From NCBI GenBank assembly GCA_002794035.1, contig PCXQ01000001.1:3256-67255 (forward strand): a DNA stretch of 64,000 bases. The letters are read 5' to 3'. The notes beneath the pieces are model-generated. The model worked only from the letters and a program-made list of their open reading frames with translations. It was not told the DNA's origin and did no database searches. Source of the stretch: Candidatus Yanofskybacteria bacterium CG10_big_fil_rev_8_21_14_0_10_36_16. GTDB taxonomy: Bacteria; Patescibacteriota; Minisyncoccia; 2-02-FULL-40-12; IGHO2-01-FULL-4-A. Both the position numbers and the translations under genes were made by a program. Below are positions 56,892 to 64,000 of this stretch, one piece after another (position 1 is the stretch's first letter; each line of letters opens with the position of its first letter).

Positions 56892-58307
56892 CTATTTTTT
56901 TTTAGACACTTGCAGATGCAATTCTTTTAATTGTTCTGATGTTAAGTCGCTTGGTGCGTCCATCATAAGGTCTCGGCCATCTCCGGTTTTGGTAAAAGCT
57001 ATGACTTCTCTAATGTTTGGTTCATTGGTAAAAATTGATATTAACCTATCAAAACCCCAAGCTATACCACCGTGGGGTGGAGCACCATATTCAAATGCTT
57101 CAAGCATGTGTCCGAAATTTTTAGATGCGGTATCAGCATCAAGGCCTATTATTTCAAAAACTTTTCTTAATATTTCAGGTTTGTGGCTTCTAATGCTTCC
57201 TCCCCCAATCTCAAGTCCGTTTAGAACAATGTCGTATTGGCTTGTGAGTATTTCGCCTATTTTTTCTTTTTTAAGTAGCCAATTCGTATGTGCTTTATTT
57301 GGCATTGAAAACGGATTATGAGTAAAAGTCCATTTCTTTTCCCCGCCAGAGTCGGGTCCGCCTTCGGCGGAAAAAAATGGGAAATCAATTACCCAACAAA
57401 AAGCCAAAAGATTTGGGTCTTCTTTGTCTTTGCGCAAATCAGGTCTGTCTGAATTATACTTTTCCATAGCTTCTTTATATGATATGCGCGGGAAAGGAAT
57501 CTCTTGAATTTTTTTGTCTGGTAGAAGATTTTTTACTATTTCAATTAACAGTTCCTCATTGACTTGCATAACATCTTCGCGTTCGACAAAAGACATTTCC
57601 ATGTCCATTTGGGTGAATTCGGGTTGTCTGTCCCCTCTGGTATCTTCGTCCCTGAAACATCTTGCCATTTGAAAATATTTTTCAATACCGGCGACCATTA
57701 AAAGTTGTTTATATTGCTGGGGTGCTTGGGGCAGAGCGTAAAATTTTCCTTCATGAACACGAGAAGGCACAACATAGTCTCGTGCTCCCTCCGGTGTAGA
57801 TTTTGATATTATCGGTGTTTCTACTTCTATAAAACCTTTCTCCGTTAGCCAATTTCTTATAAATTGACTGGTCTTGTGTCTTAATTGTAAATTTTTTCTC
57901 ATTCTTTCACGGCGTAAATCAAGATAGCGGTATTTCATTCTGTTTTCTTCTCCGATTTCTTTGCCATCAGAATCAATTTCAAAAGGCGGGGTTTTTGATT
58001 CGGAAAGTACTTCAAGCTCAATTGGTTTAAGTTCAACTTTGCCTGTTTCAATTTCTGGATTTACCATTTTTTCAGGCCTTTCAGTCATTTTGCCTTTTAT
58101 TTTGATAACCCATTCTGGTCTTAATTTCTCTGCTTTTTTATGGAGTTCCTCATCCTTGGGCGTAAAAACAACCTGAAGCAAACCGCTTCGGTCTCTAAGA
58201 TCAATAAAAATTAGTTTGCCGTGATCCCTTCTGGTGTGGACCCAGCCAGCAACCTCAACTTCTTTGTCTATGTTTTGGATTGTGTCCAATATAGAAATAC
58301 GTGTCAT
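56892..58307 (-). CDS. aspS: Aspartyl-tRNA synthetase, bacterial-type motifs but no GAD insertion domain
   Basis: OB-fold N-terminus; FRDEDTRGDRQPEFTQMD motif 2; SDRPDLR then, about 12 residues later, FCWVIDFPFF (GAD absent); motif 3 GGIAWGFDRL. Confidence 0.85.
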   Translation of the reverse strand: MTRISILDTIQNIDKEVEVAGWVHTRRDHGKLIFIDLRDRSGLLQVVFTPKDEELHKKAEKLRPEWVIKIKGKMTERPEKMVNPEIETGKVELKPIELEVLSESKTPPFEIDSDGKEIGEENRMKYRYLDLRRERMRKNLQLRHKTSQFIRNWLTEKGFIEVETPIISKSTPEGARDYVVPSRVHEGKFYALPQAPQQYKQLLMVAGIEKYFQMARCFRDEDTRGDRQPEFTQMDMEMSFVEREDVMQVNEELLIEIVKNLLPDKKIQEIPFPRISYKEAMEKYNSDRPDLRKDKEDPNLLAFCWVIDFPFFSAEGGPDSGGEKKWTFTHNPFSMPNKAHTNWLLKKEKIGEILTSQYDIVLNGLEIGGGSIRSHKPEILRKVFEIIGLDADTASKNFGHMLEAFEYGAPPHGGIAWGFDRLISIFTNEPNIREVIAFTKTGDGRDLMMDAPSDLTSEQLKELHLQVSKKK

Positions 58308-58418
58308 AAACTTAATTTTAATACAATATTACACACAAATCAAAATCCCGCACTTCTTGACTTAATTAGACAATACATGCAGGATTTTTTAAATATTACA
58401 CTAAGTTTTAAAAAATTT

Positions 58419-58859
58419 TTAAATGAGGTTTAATAATTGTGTCGGGCTATCTTTTAAATACATGCCCCTTATCTCCTTCTTTATTTTGTCTCTTAATTGT
58501 TTGGGCAACTCATTTTTAAACTGGTTGATAATCTCGGGTGCACAAAATAGATATATTTCGTTTATGGCTCCTTTTTTGTCTACTTCTAATATATAGCTAG
58601 CTGCTTTTTTTATAAACTCTTTATGTATCTTTTCTTTTGGTATTTCGCGGGAAGAACCGCTTGAAATAATCCCAGCAGTTTTTGATCTAATTTCTGAAAA
58701 CCCTTCGTTATCTGAATATTTGGGAGTTATTACTTCTATCTTATTTACTTCCTCTATTAAACCATTCTCTGCTAAATAAAAAATGCCGCTTTGATTGCCG
58801 AAAACAGCTAATAGTGTTGGGTTATTTTTAAATTGTTGAAATTGTTTTGGAATTTGCAT
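58419..58859 (-). CDS. Hypothetical protein
   Basis: 146 aa; no motif recognised. Confidence 0.3.
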   Translation of the reverse strand: MQIPKQFQQFKNNPTLLAVFGNQSGIFYLAENGLIEEVNKIEVITPKYSDNEGFSEIRSKTAGIISSGSSREIPKEKIHKEFIKKAASYILEVDKKGAINEIYLFCAPEIINQFKNELPKQLRDKIKKEIRGMYLKDSPTQLLNLI

Positions 58860-58880
58860 TATATAAATTTTAAATTAATT

Positions 58881-59246
58881 TTAAAAACTATAGTCTGGTG
58901 CTACTATTGGTGCGGGTGTAATTATGGGTTTTGGTGTGACGCTTTCATCTTTGAGGGGGTCTGTCCCTGCTTTTATTTCTTCCCCATCAAGAAATCCATC
59001 ACCATCGCTGTCAGGATTAAATGGGTCTGTATTATAATTAGATTCTTCAAAATCAGCAATGCCGTCAAAATCAGAATCTTTTGCTAGGGGGTTGTTGATA
59101 TTAGTCGTAGGGGTTTTGTTTAAGTTTAAATTGGTATTTGTGGCTTTATTGATTGTGTTATTGCTGGGTTTTTGTACTGCATCTGATACAAACAAAATAG
59201 CTACAAAAATGATCCCAGCCGATATTGTTATTAATATCCCCTTCAT
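58881..59246 (-). CDS. Secreted protein with thrombospondin-type-3-like Ca-binding repeats
   Basis: Signal anchor; DSDFDGIADFEE, DPFNPDSDGDGFLDGEE (DxDxDG). Confidence 0.45.
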   Translation of the reverse strand: MKGILITISAGIIFVAILFVSDAVQKPSNNTINKATNTNLNLNKTPTTNINNPLAKDSDFDGIADFEESNYNTDPFNPDSDGDGFLDGEEIKAGTDPLKDESVTPKPIITPAPIVAPDYSF

Positions 59247-59340
59247 GTAATAAATATGCCAAAAATTAAGCTAAATTTCAAGTCACTCTAAATATTTATT
59301 ATGTTCTTATAACATTAAATTATGGTTAAGAAAAAGTAAT

Positions 59341-59640
59341 GGCCCCGCACTTCTTGGTGCGGGGCACGGGGTTGGAGGTTGGGGTCGCCTAGTGAAGGCG
59401 GCCGGCGTGAATGGGTTCAAACCGGATCGGATGAGCCCACAGAGATTCGATCGCGACGCTCCCAAGAGCTCGCGCCTCCTCGGACGAGATTGCCAGAAGC
59501 CCCAAGGGAACCTCCGGAAAAGACTGTTCCTCCTCCTCTGGAGTTCTTCGGCCTCGCCGTTTCTCGTTTCCCCTGACCTTGCGAGGCCAGGAGACATCAT
59601 CTCTCTGCATCTTCTGCATGGGAAATCCTCCTACTATTTA
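59341..59640. other. About 300-bp GC-rich island (candidate structured RNA or foreign fragment)
   Basis: Sharp GC jump; ORFs in four frames overlap one another. Begins with the perfect hairpin CCCCGCAC-ttcttg-GTGCGGGG. An RBS-like AGGAGGA then ATG lies on the minus strand. Confidence 0.3.
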
Positions 59641-59739
59641 AGTGTAGCATAATTAAAATGGCTTGTCAAATATTAAAAAATGTGGTATTTTAAAATAATT
59701 AAAAAACCAGCCTCTTTTTAAAAAGCTGGTTTTTATCGA

Positions 59740-60108
59740 TTATTCCCATATATTTTCTAATTCTGCCAATATCTCATCAGGAATAGGTATTGCTTTGCCC
59801 ACAGGACTTATGCCGGGGTATCTCCATGCAGATATTATTGTTTTTTTATTTGTTAATGGTATTTCATTTTGTATTTTTCGTTTTAAATTTTTATTTTCCT
59901 GATACATTACCCAAATTTCCTGAGGAGTTTTGCTTGTAGCTTTTTGCATAACCGCCGTGGTCCCAGTCGCTACCCCCTCTTCAGTGCGATGAGGATGTCT
60001 TACCACTCTTTTTATTAAGCTTTCTGATATACCATAATAAACCATCTTGTCTTTAACATGGTTGGTCCACTTATATTTTTCGTTGTCTTTAGGTAATTTA
60101 AATTGCAT
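59740..60108 (-). CDS. Hypothetical protein
   Basis: 122 aa. Confidence 0.3.
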   Translation of the reverse strand: MQFKLPKDNEKYKWTNHVKDKMVYYGISESLIKRVVRHPHRTEEGVATGTTAVMQKATSKTPQEIWVMYQENKNLKRKIQNEIPLTNKKTIISAWRYPGISPVGKAIPIPDEILAELENIWE

Positions 60109-60180
60109 GTTGTTGGGGTCTTTAATAGTAAATAGATAAATATAGATTAAATGATTTTGTTGTTTTCGTAAACTTAATAA

Positions 60181-60208
60181 TTAAAAACCCCGCCTAGGCG
60201 GGGTTTTT
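60181..60208. terminator. Intrinsic terminator (same family)
   Basis: AAAAACCCCGCC-ta-GGCGGGGTTTTT. Confidence 0.75.
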
Positions 60209-60210
60209 GT

Positions 60211-60699
60211 TCAATCACAATACTCATATGAAAGATTATTATATTCTTCAGTGGTGTAAAGATAAATACCGTCTTTATGCCACAAAACAAAATTCGATAT
60301 GCCCGAATCAAGAGCCAGCTTACTGCAAATTGTGCAATATGGTTTGCCTGATCTTAATATGTTGCCGTTATTATCAATCCTGACAAAAAAGATGGTAGAG
60401 TTTCTAAGCGCTTTCTGTGAATGGCTGTTTATAGCTTCAAATATTGCTCTTTGTTCGGCATGCATACAGCACGTTTTGTCGGTTACCTTTTTATGCAACT
60501 TTGTTTTATCGCAAGAACATCTGCGTTGCGAATCAATATTCCCCGGAGGAGAATTATATCCTTGTCCTATAACTATGCCGCATTTTACAATTACGCTCCC
60601 GCATTTTGATCGCGAGCACGTTGATTTAGTAGCCACACTAGCGGCAGCTTCAAACCATTTTTTTAATGGCATTTCTTCTTCTTTGCTTAGTTTTTTCAT
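60211..60699 (-). CDS. Deoxycytidylate (dCMP) deaminase, ComEB-like
   Basis: CMHAEQRAI (HAE) and YCTICSK (PCxxC) zinc ligands. Confidence 0.75.
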   Translation of the reverse strand: MKKLSKEEEMPLKKWFEAAASVATKSTCSRSKCGSVIVKCGIVIGQGYNSPPGNIDSQRRCSCDKTKLHKKVTDKTCCMHAEQRAIFEAINSHSQKALRNSTIFFVRIDNNGNILRSGKPYCTICSKLALDSGISNFVLWHKDGIYLYTTEEYNNLSYEYCD

Positions 60700-60779
60700 T
60701 TCACACCTCTTGTTGATTTTAAAAAAGCTGGAATTATATTGCCATAAATAATAATAAATTTAAAGTAATTCAAATTAAT

Positions 60780-60835
60780 CCCCACACTCATGCATGAGTG
60801 TGGGGATTAAAAACCCCGCCTAGGCGGGGTTTTTA
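60780..60835. terminator. Tandem hairpins: 26-nt perfect palindrome plus family terminator
   Basis: CCCCACACTCATGCATGAGTGTGGGG, then AAAAACCCCGCC-ta-GGCGGGGTTTTT (identical to 60181-60208). Confidence 0.7.
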
Positions 60836-60853
60836 ATGATTTTATTTTAAGGA

Positions 60854-61885
60854 TTAAGGAGTGAAATATATAATCTTTCCATTTTCATAAACATGAAGGT
60901 CATTGGTTTCCTCTGAAACGGTAAAGACCGTTGTGCCTTTAAAGACATAAGATGCGCTTATTGCAGATAGGTGTCGTGTGTGGACTTTGTGCTGGAAGCC
61001 GAATTGGTCAGATAAATCTTTGAATTTGCCCGGGCTTACTTTATTGGCGACTGTTCTGGGGCGCATACCTTCCACCATAACCCCGGAATGTAAAATGTCT
61101 CCGCGCTCATCTATCAATATAGCGCCATCAAAATTTATGGTGGTTTCAATGTCGTGCCCTTTTGTTTTTTTATGTCCGAGATCTAATATACTAATTTTAT
61201 TTTTATCAAAAATATCTTGTTCGCTATCGGATATGTCTGTGTAATTGTTCCATTTATTTTTCCACCCTAAAATAATAAACAGGCCGAAATTTTTCTTACG
61301 ATTCGTGAGATCTATTATAAAATCAATCAATTTCATTTTAAAGTCATAAGGAAGTTTGGTTTTTGACTCTTTTAATGTTTTTGAACTTTCTGATAATTTT
61401 TTTACGGTTTGTGTTTTGATTGGGTTTTTTTTGCTACTGCCCATTATTTTGCCGTATCTATCAAGGAGCCATGAGCTTGATTGTATTTTACCGCCTGCTC
61501 CGGCATTGAATACCATTTTGCATCCTATCTCATTGCATACTTGGACTTCTGGGATGTTGTTTTTAAATCGGTCTCCCCCATTTACAAATATATCAGGCTT
61601 AATTGTTGCAAGCTCACTACACACACTCATGTCTTTAGGATTTTTTTTGTGCTTTGATAGGACAACCTCATCTACGCAGTTTATCGCTTCTATCATTTCG
61701 CGTCTTTCATTTTGGGGCATAAAAACAAAGCCCTTCTTTTTTTTGAGCCAGTTATCGTTATTTAAAATAACAACAAGCTTGTCGCCGAGTTTTTTTGCTG
61801 ATCGGAATAACCTTACGTGACCTATGTGTAGAGGGTCAAAACCCCCGCTGACTGTTACTACTTTTTTATTGCTTGATTTTTTCAT
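60854..61885 (-). CDS. Fusion protein: HIGH-motif nucleotidyl/cytidylyltransferase-like N-domain + diadenylate cyclase (DAC/DisA_N) C-domain
   Basis: N-terminal TVSGGFDPLHIGHV (cytidylyltransferase-like HxGH). C-terminal DGAILIDERGD, HTRHLSAI, TVFTVSEETNDLHVYENG (DGA, RHR-like and VSEETG motifs of c-di-AMP synthases). Confidence 0.55.
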   Translation of the reverse strand: MKKSSNKKVVTVSGGFDPLHIGHVRLFRSAKKLGDKLVVILNNDNWLKKKKGFVFMPQNERREMIEAINCVDEVVLSKHKKNPKDMSVCSELATIKPDIFVNGGDRFKNNIPEVQVCNEIGCKMVFNAGAGGKIQSSSWLLDRYGKIMGSSKKNPIKTQTVKKLSESSKTLKESKTKLPYDFKMKLIDFIIDLTNRKKNFGLFIILGWKNKWNNYTDISDSEQDIFDKNKISILDLGHKKTKGHDIETTINFDGAILIDERGDILHSGVMVEGMRPRTVANKVSPGKFKDLSDQFGFQHKVHTRHLSAISASYVFKGTTVFTVSEETNDLHVYENGKIIYFTP

Positions 61886-62358
61886 TGATTATTCTTAATA
61901 ATTTTTTGTCTTAGTGGTTCCAATCTTGAACCTATACTAATTGCCAGTGCTATCATAACTAGGTTTTTAATTATGTATTGTCCTTCAAGAGTTGGTGTCA
62001 TAAATTGTTGCCATGTAAATTTCGGTAGAAATATCAGTGGCATAAATGTGGTACCCATGTGCAATACTAATATGAATATTGCTATTCTTGTAAGTTTAGG
62101 AATTAAAAACATTACGCCTATTACCATTTCTAGGTATCCAAAAAACGCTATAAATGAAGACGGTTCAAGGAACGGTAGGGTTTTCATTTGAAGTTCTTGA
62201 ACCAAGGGATTTGCCGGGCTTGTGCTTATAACTTTTAGCAATCCGAACCAGAAAAAAATTATGCCAATAGATATCCGTGAAAGCCAAGGATTTATCTTTC
62301 TGATAAATTTCAAAATTTTTAGATCCGCATTGATTATGAAGTTGTTATACATATGCAT
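61882..62358 (-). CDS. DoxX-like small membrane protein
   Basis: 158 aa, 4 TM helices. Confidence 0.35.
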   Translation of the reverse strand: MHMYNNFIINADLKILKFIRKINPWLSRISIGIIFFWFGLLKVISTSPANPLVQELQMKTLPFLEPSSFIAFFGYLEMVIGVMFLIPKLTRIAIFILVLHMGTTFMPLIFLPKFTWQQFMTPTLEGQYIIKNLVMIALAISIGSRLEPLRQKIIKNNQ

Positions 62359-62469
62359 TTAATATATCATAAATAGTAAGAAATATTTAAGTAAAATGTA
62401 TATTGACTTAAACCAAAGTACTTATTATTCTGTTTAGTATAGTTATTTAAAAAATAATAAGGAGAATAT

Positions 62470-62685
62470 ATGACATTGAAACTTGCAGAAAATGGATGTA
62501 TTCAAAAATTCCTACTTTCACAGCCAGAAAGTGGAATGGGTTATCAAGAGATAAAACTTAAGTTAAGGGATGGGCGTGAAATTCCAAATCTTGTTGTAGT
62601 GAACGCAGAGTTAATTGAAATTCCAGATGAATATGGAAATGTAATGGAAGACGACATTCAAGCTGTTTATTTTAAAATTGTTTAA
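62470..62685 (+). CDS. Hypothetical small protein
   Basis: RBS AAGGAG, then 6 nt, then ATG. Confidence 0.4.
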   Translation: MTLKLAENGCIQKFLLSQPESGMGYQEIKLKLRDGREIPNLVVVNAELIEIPDEYGNVMEDDIQAVYFKIV

Positions 62686-62708
62686 TCGGGAAATTCAAGG
62701 AACAGGCA

Positions 62709-62960
62709 ATGTCTAGAACAACTTCACAAGATCGAATGAATCAACTTCTTATAAAGCATTACCAAGGTCTTATGACAACAAGTGAACGTTTTGAGCTTCA
62801 TCGGTTATTGAAAGAAAAGTATGCATACGGGGTGCAAATGCTCGAGTATCGTTGTCCTAAATGTAACACACCATTAACCTTTTCTTGGGCTGATGGCCCA
62901 GCTTGTATGTGGTTTACCGGTGGTTGTGGGTGGACTCCTCACCGTGAAGATTTAGTTTAA
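62709..62960 (+). CDS. Hypothetical zinc-ribbon protein
   Basis: CPKC...CGW Cys pairs; RBS AAGGAAC. Confidence 0.4.
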   Translation: MSRTTSQDRMNQLLIKHYQGLMTTSERFELHRLLKEKYAYGVQMLEYRCPKCNTPLTFSWADGPACMWFTGGCGWTPHREDLV

Positions 62961-62984
62961 ACCCCGCTTTCGCGGGGTTTTAAT
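62959..62984. terminator. Intrinsic terminator (same family)
   Basis: AAACCCCGC-tttc-GCGGGGTTTT. Confidence 0.75.
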
Positions 62985-63052
62985 TTGCCATAATAATTAT
63001 TGCTCTCATGCTCCATGACACTTTGGGTTTTTATTCACTGTCACACATGATA

Positions 63053-63337
63053 TTAAGATTCTAATCGTGAAAGGATATCTAACATTTCCTGCGAAATTGG
63101 CCTTTGTCGTTCCCGCGTTTCAATTGTTTCCGCTGGAGTTTTTGCGTCCGTCTCCTTAGACGATTCTGATAATAGATATTCAGCGGTTCCTTGAAGTTGT
63201 TCTGTGATTTCTGGATTGTCTTGAACCAACTTTTTTAATTCAACTATTCTTTCTGCGACTTCTCTTAACAATTGATTTCCTTTTTGATATTCAGGCGACG
63301 GCTCTCTTGTATAATCTTTTTCAAATTCTTCTGACAT
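63053..63337 (-). CDS. Hypothetical acidic helical protein
   Basis: 94 aa. Confidence 0.3.
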   Translation of the reverse strand: MSEEFEKDYTREPSPEYQKGNQLLREVAERIVELKKLVQDNPEITEQLQGTAEYLLSESSKETDAKTPAETIETRERQRPISQEMLDILSRLES

Positions 63338-63369
63338 AAATTTGTATTTTAATTTATTGTTTATTTAAT

Positions 63370-63595
63370 TTCGACCTTCTCTCAAGGTATCACTTTTCCG
63401 CAAGAATTTCTATTCCTGCGTCATGTGGCACTTTTTATCCATTCGACTCCTCCTCGACAAGCTCGGAGCCGCTCAGGATAAACGTTGTCTCGGTCTAACG
63501 CTCGTGACAACGTTTATATCCCAGTACCAGAACCTGCGGTTCGGTACGGGACTGCACTCGCTAAATGTAGCTATATAAAATTTCAGCTCGCTTGT
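63370..63595. ncRNA. Candidate structured ncRNA of unknown class, downstream of secA
   Basis: GC-rich with no ORF of 60 aa or more. Perfect 12-bp hairpin ATAAACGTTGTC-tcggtctaacgctcg-TGACAACGTTTAT, plus CCCAGTACC...GGTACGGG and further stems. Confidence 0.3.
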
Positions 63596-63598
63596 TTT

Positions 63599-64000
63599 TT
63601 ATCCTTTATGATGAGGAGCATTTATCATTCCGCACTTTTTCCATTTATATAGTTGTCCTGTATTAGGATTGGTTGCTCCGCATGGACAGGGATCGTTTCG
63701 GCCTACCTTTTGAGTATTTTTGATCGGTTTAGAATTGTTTTGGTTTTGGTTGTTTGGATTTTGAGTTTGGGGTTTTGGATTTTCAAAAATGTTTGCTCTC
63801 CCTTCCTTTGTCTCTTGTCTCTGGGGTTTTTTTAATATTGTTACCTTAAATATTGTATTTGCGACTTGAGTACTTATTGTTTGTTGTAATTCTTTAAACA
63901 ATCTTTGCCCTTCAACTTTATACTCAACCAGAGGATCTTTTTGGCCATAAGCACGAAGGCGAACAGAATCACGAAGCTGTTCCATTGTTTCAATGTGATC
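63599..64000 (-). CDS. secA: Preprotein translocase SecA, C-terminal part (N-terminus off window)
   Basis: LRAYGQKDPLVEYK wing/helical region and C-terminal zinc finger DPCPCGA...KKCG. The frame continues to the window edge. Confidence 0.8.
   Translation of the reverse strand, partial: DHIETMEQLRDSVRLRAYGQKDPLVEYKVEGQRLFKELQQTISTQVANTIFKVTILKKPQRQETKEGRANIFENPKPQTQNPNNQNQNNSKPIKNTQKVGRNDPCPCGATNPNTGQLYKWKKCGMINAPHHKG

Noticed and set aside
59307-59652. Four overlapping 65-97 aa ORFs in the GC-rich island; also tested as RNase P RNA or tmRNA
   Set aside because: The mutually overlapping frames are a GC artefact. No RNase P P4 motif, no tmRNA GGGG...CCACCA ends or tag ORF, and no SRP domain IV motif were found. 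The island is left as an unknown.
1-64000. CRISPR array or rRNA genes
   Set aside because: No regularly spaced direct repeats with unique spacers and no rRNA-like GC-rich kilobase stretches were seen. The only direct repeats are the 76-bp and 22-bp gene-end duplications.

Overview
This is an AT-rich window with compact genes and the look of a reduced-genome (CPR-like) bacterium. Roughly 60% of it is housekeeping.

Housekeeping and cell wall: a beta-CASP RNase, ruvA, uvrB, cysS, frr, holB, hesB, ychF, sod, glutaredoxin, aspS, dCMP deaminase and the secA 3' end. Peptidoglycan genes are scattered: murE with a FemAB gene, murG, murC, mraY and dacA. There is one tRNA-Leu(CAA).

Heat-shock locus: on the minus strand, in transcription order (coordinates decreasing from about 16.7 kb to 9.5 kb), CIRCE > hrcA > grpE > hsp20 > dnaK > membrane protein > dnaJ. 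The CIRCE upstream of hrcA is perfect.

Defense island (32.7-43.3 kb): the most striking region is a strictly co-directional, tightly packed minus-strand island. It holds a Type III R-M pair (mod and res) with a two-gene HEPN module wedged between them, then a GmrSD-type (DUF262/DUF1524) Type IV nuclease 4 bp after res, then an uncharacterised trio: a PIF1/RecD-like helicase, a membrane-anchored NERD nuclease and a four-CxxC zinc-ribbon protein.

Integrative element (44.0-49.7 kb): immediately adjacent on the plus strand. It carries a CHC2 primase zinc-finger protein, a P-loop replication protein and a large serine recombinase whose 3' end runs into ychF.

Other anomalies:
- a perfect 76-bp direct repeat that duplicates the mraY 3' end around a 147-bp GC-rich structured insert;
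- a smaller 3'-end duplication at hesB;
- two GC-rich islands that look like structured RNA or foreign DNA (59.34-59.64 kb and 63.37-63.60 kb);
- a diadenylate-cyclase domain fused to a HIGH-motif nucleotidyltransferase;
- a spermidine-synthase-like domain fused to an M28 peptidase;
- an AspRS lacking the GAD domain;
- a presenilin-like intramembrane protease.

No CRISPR array and no rRNA were seen. All coordinates and calls come from reading the sequence and ORF translations by eye; no searches were run.
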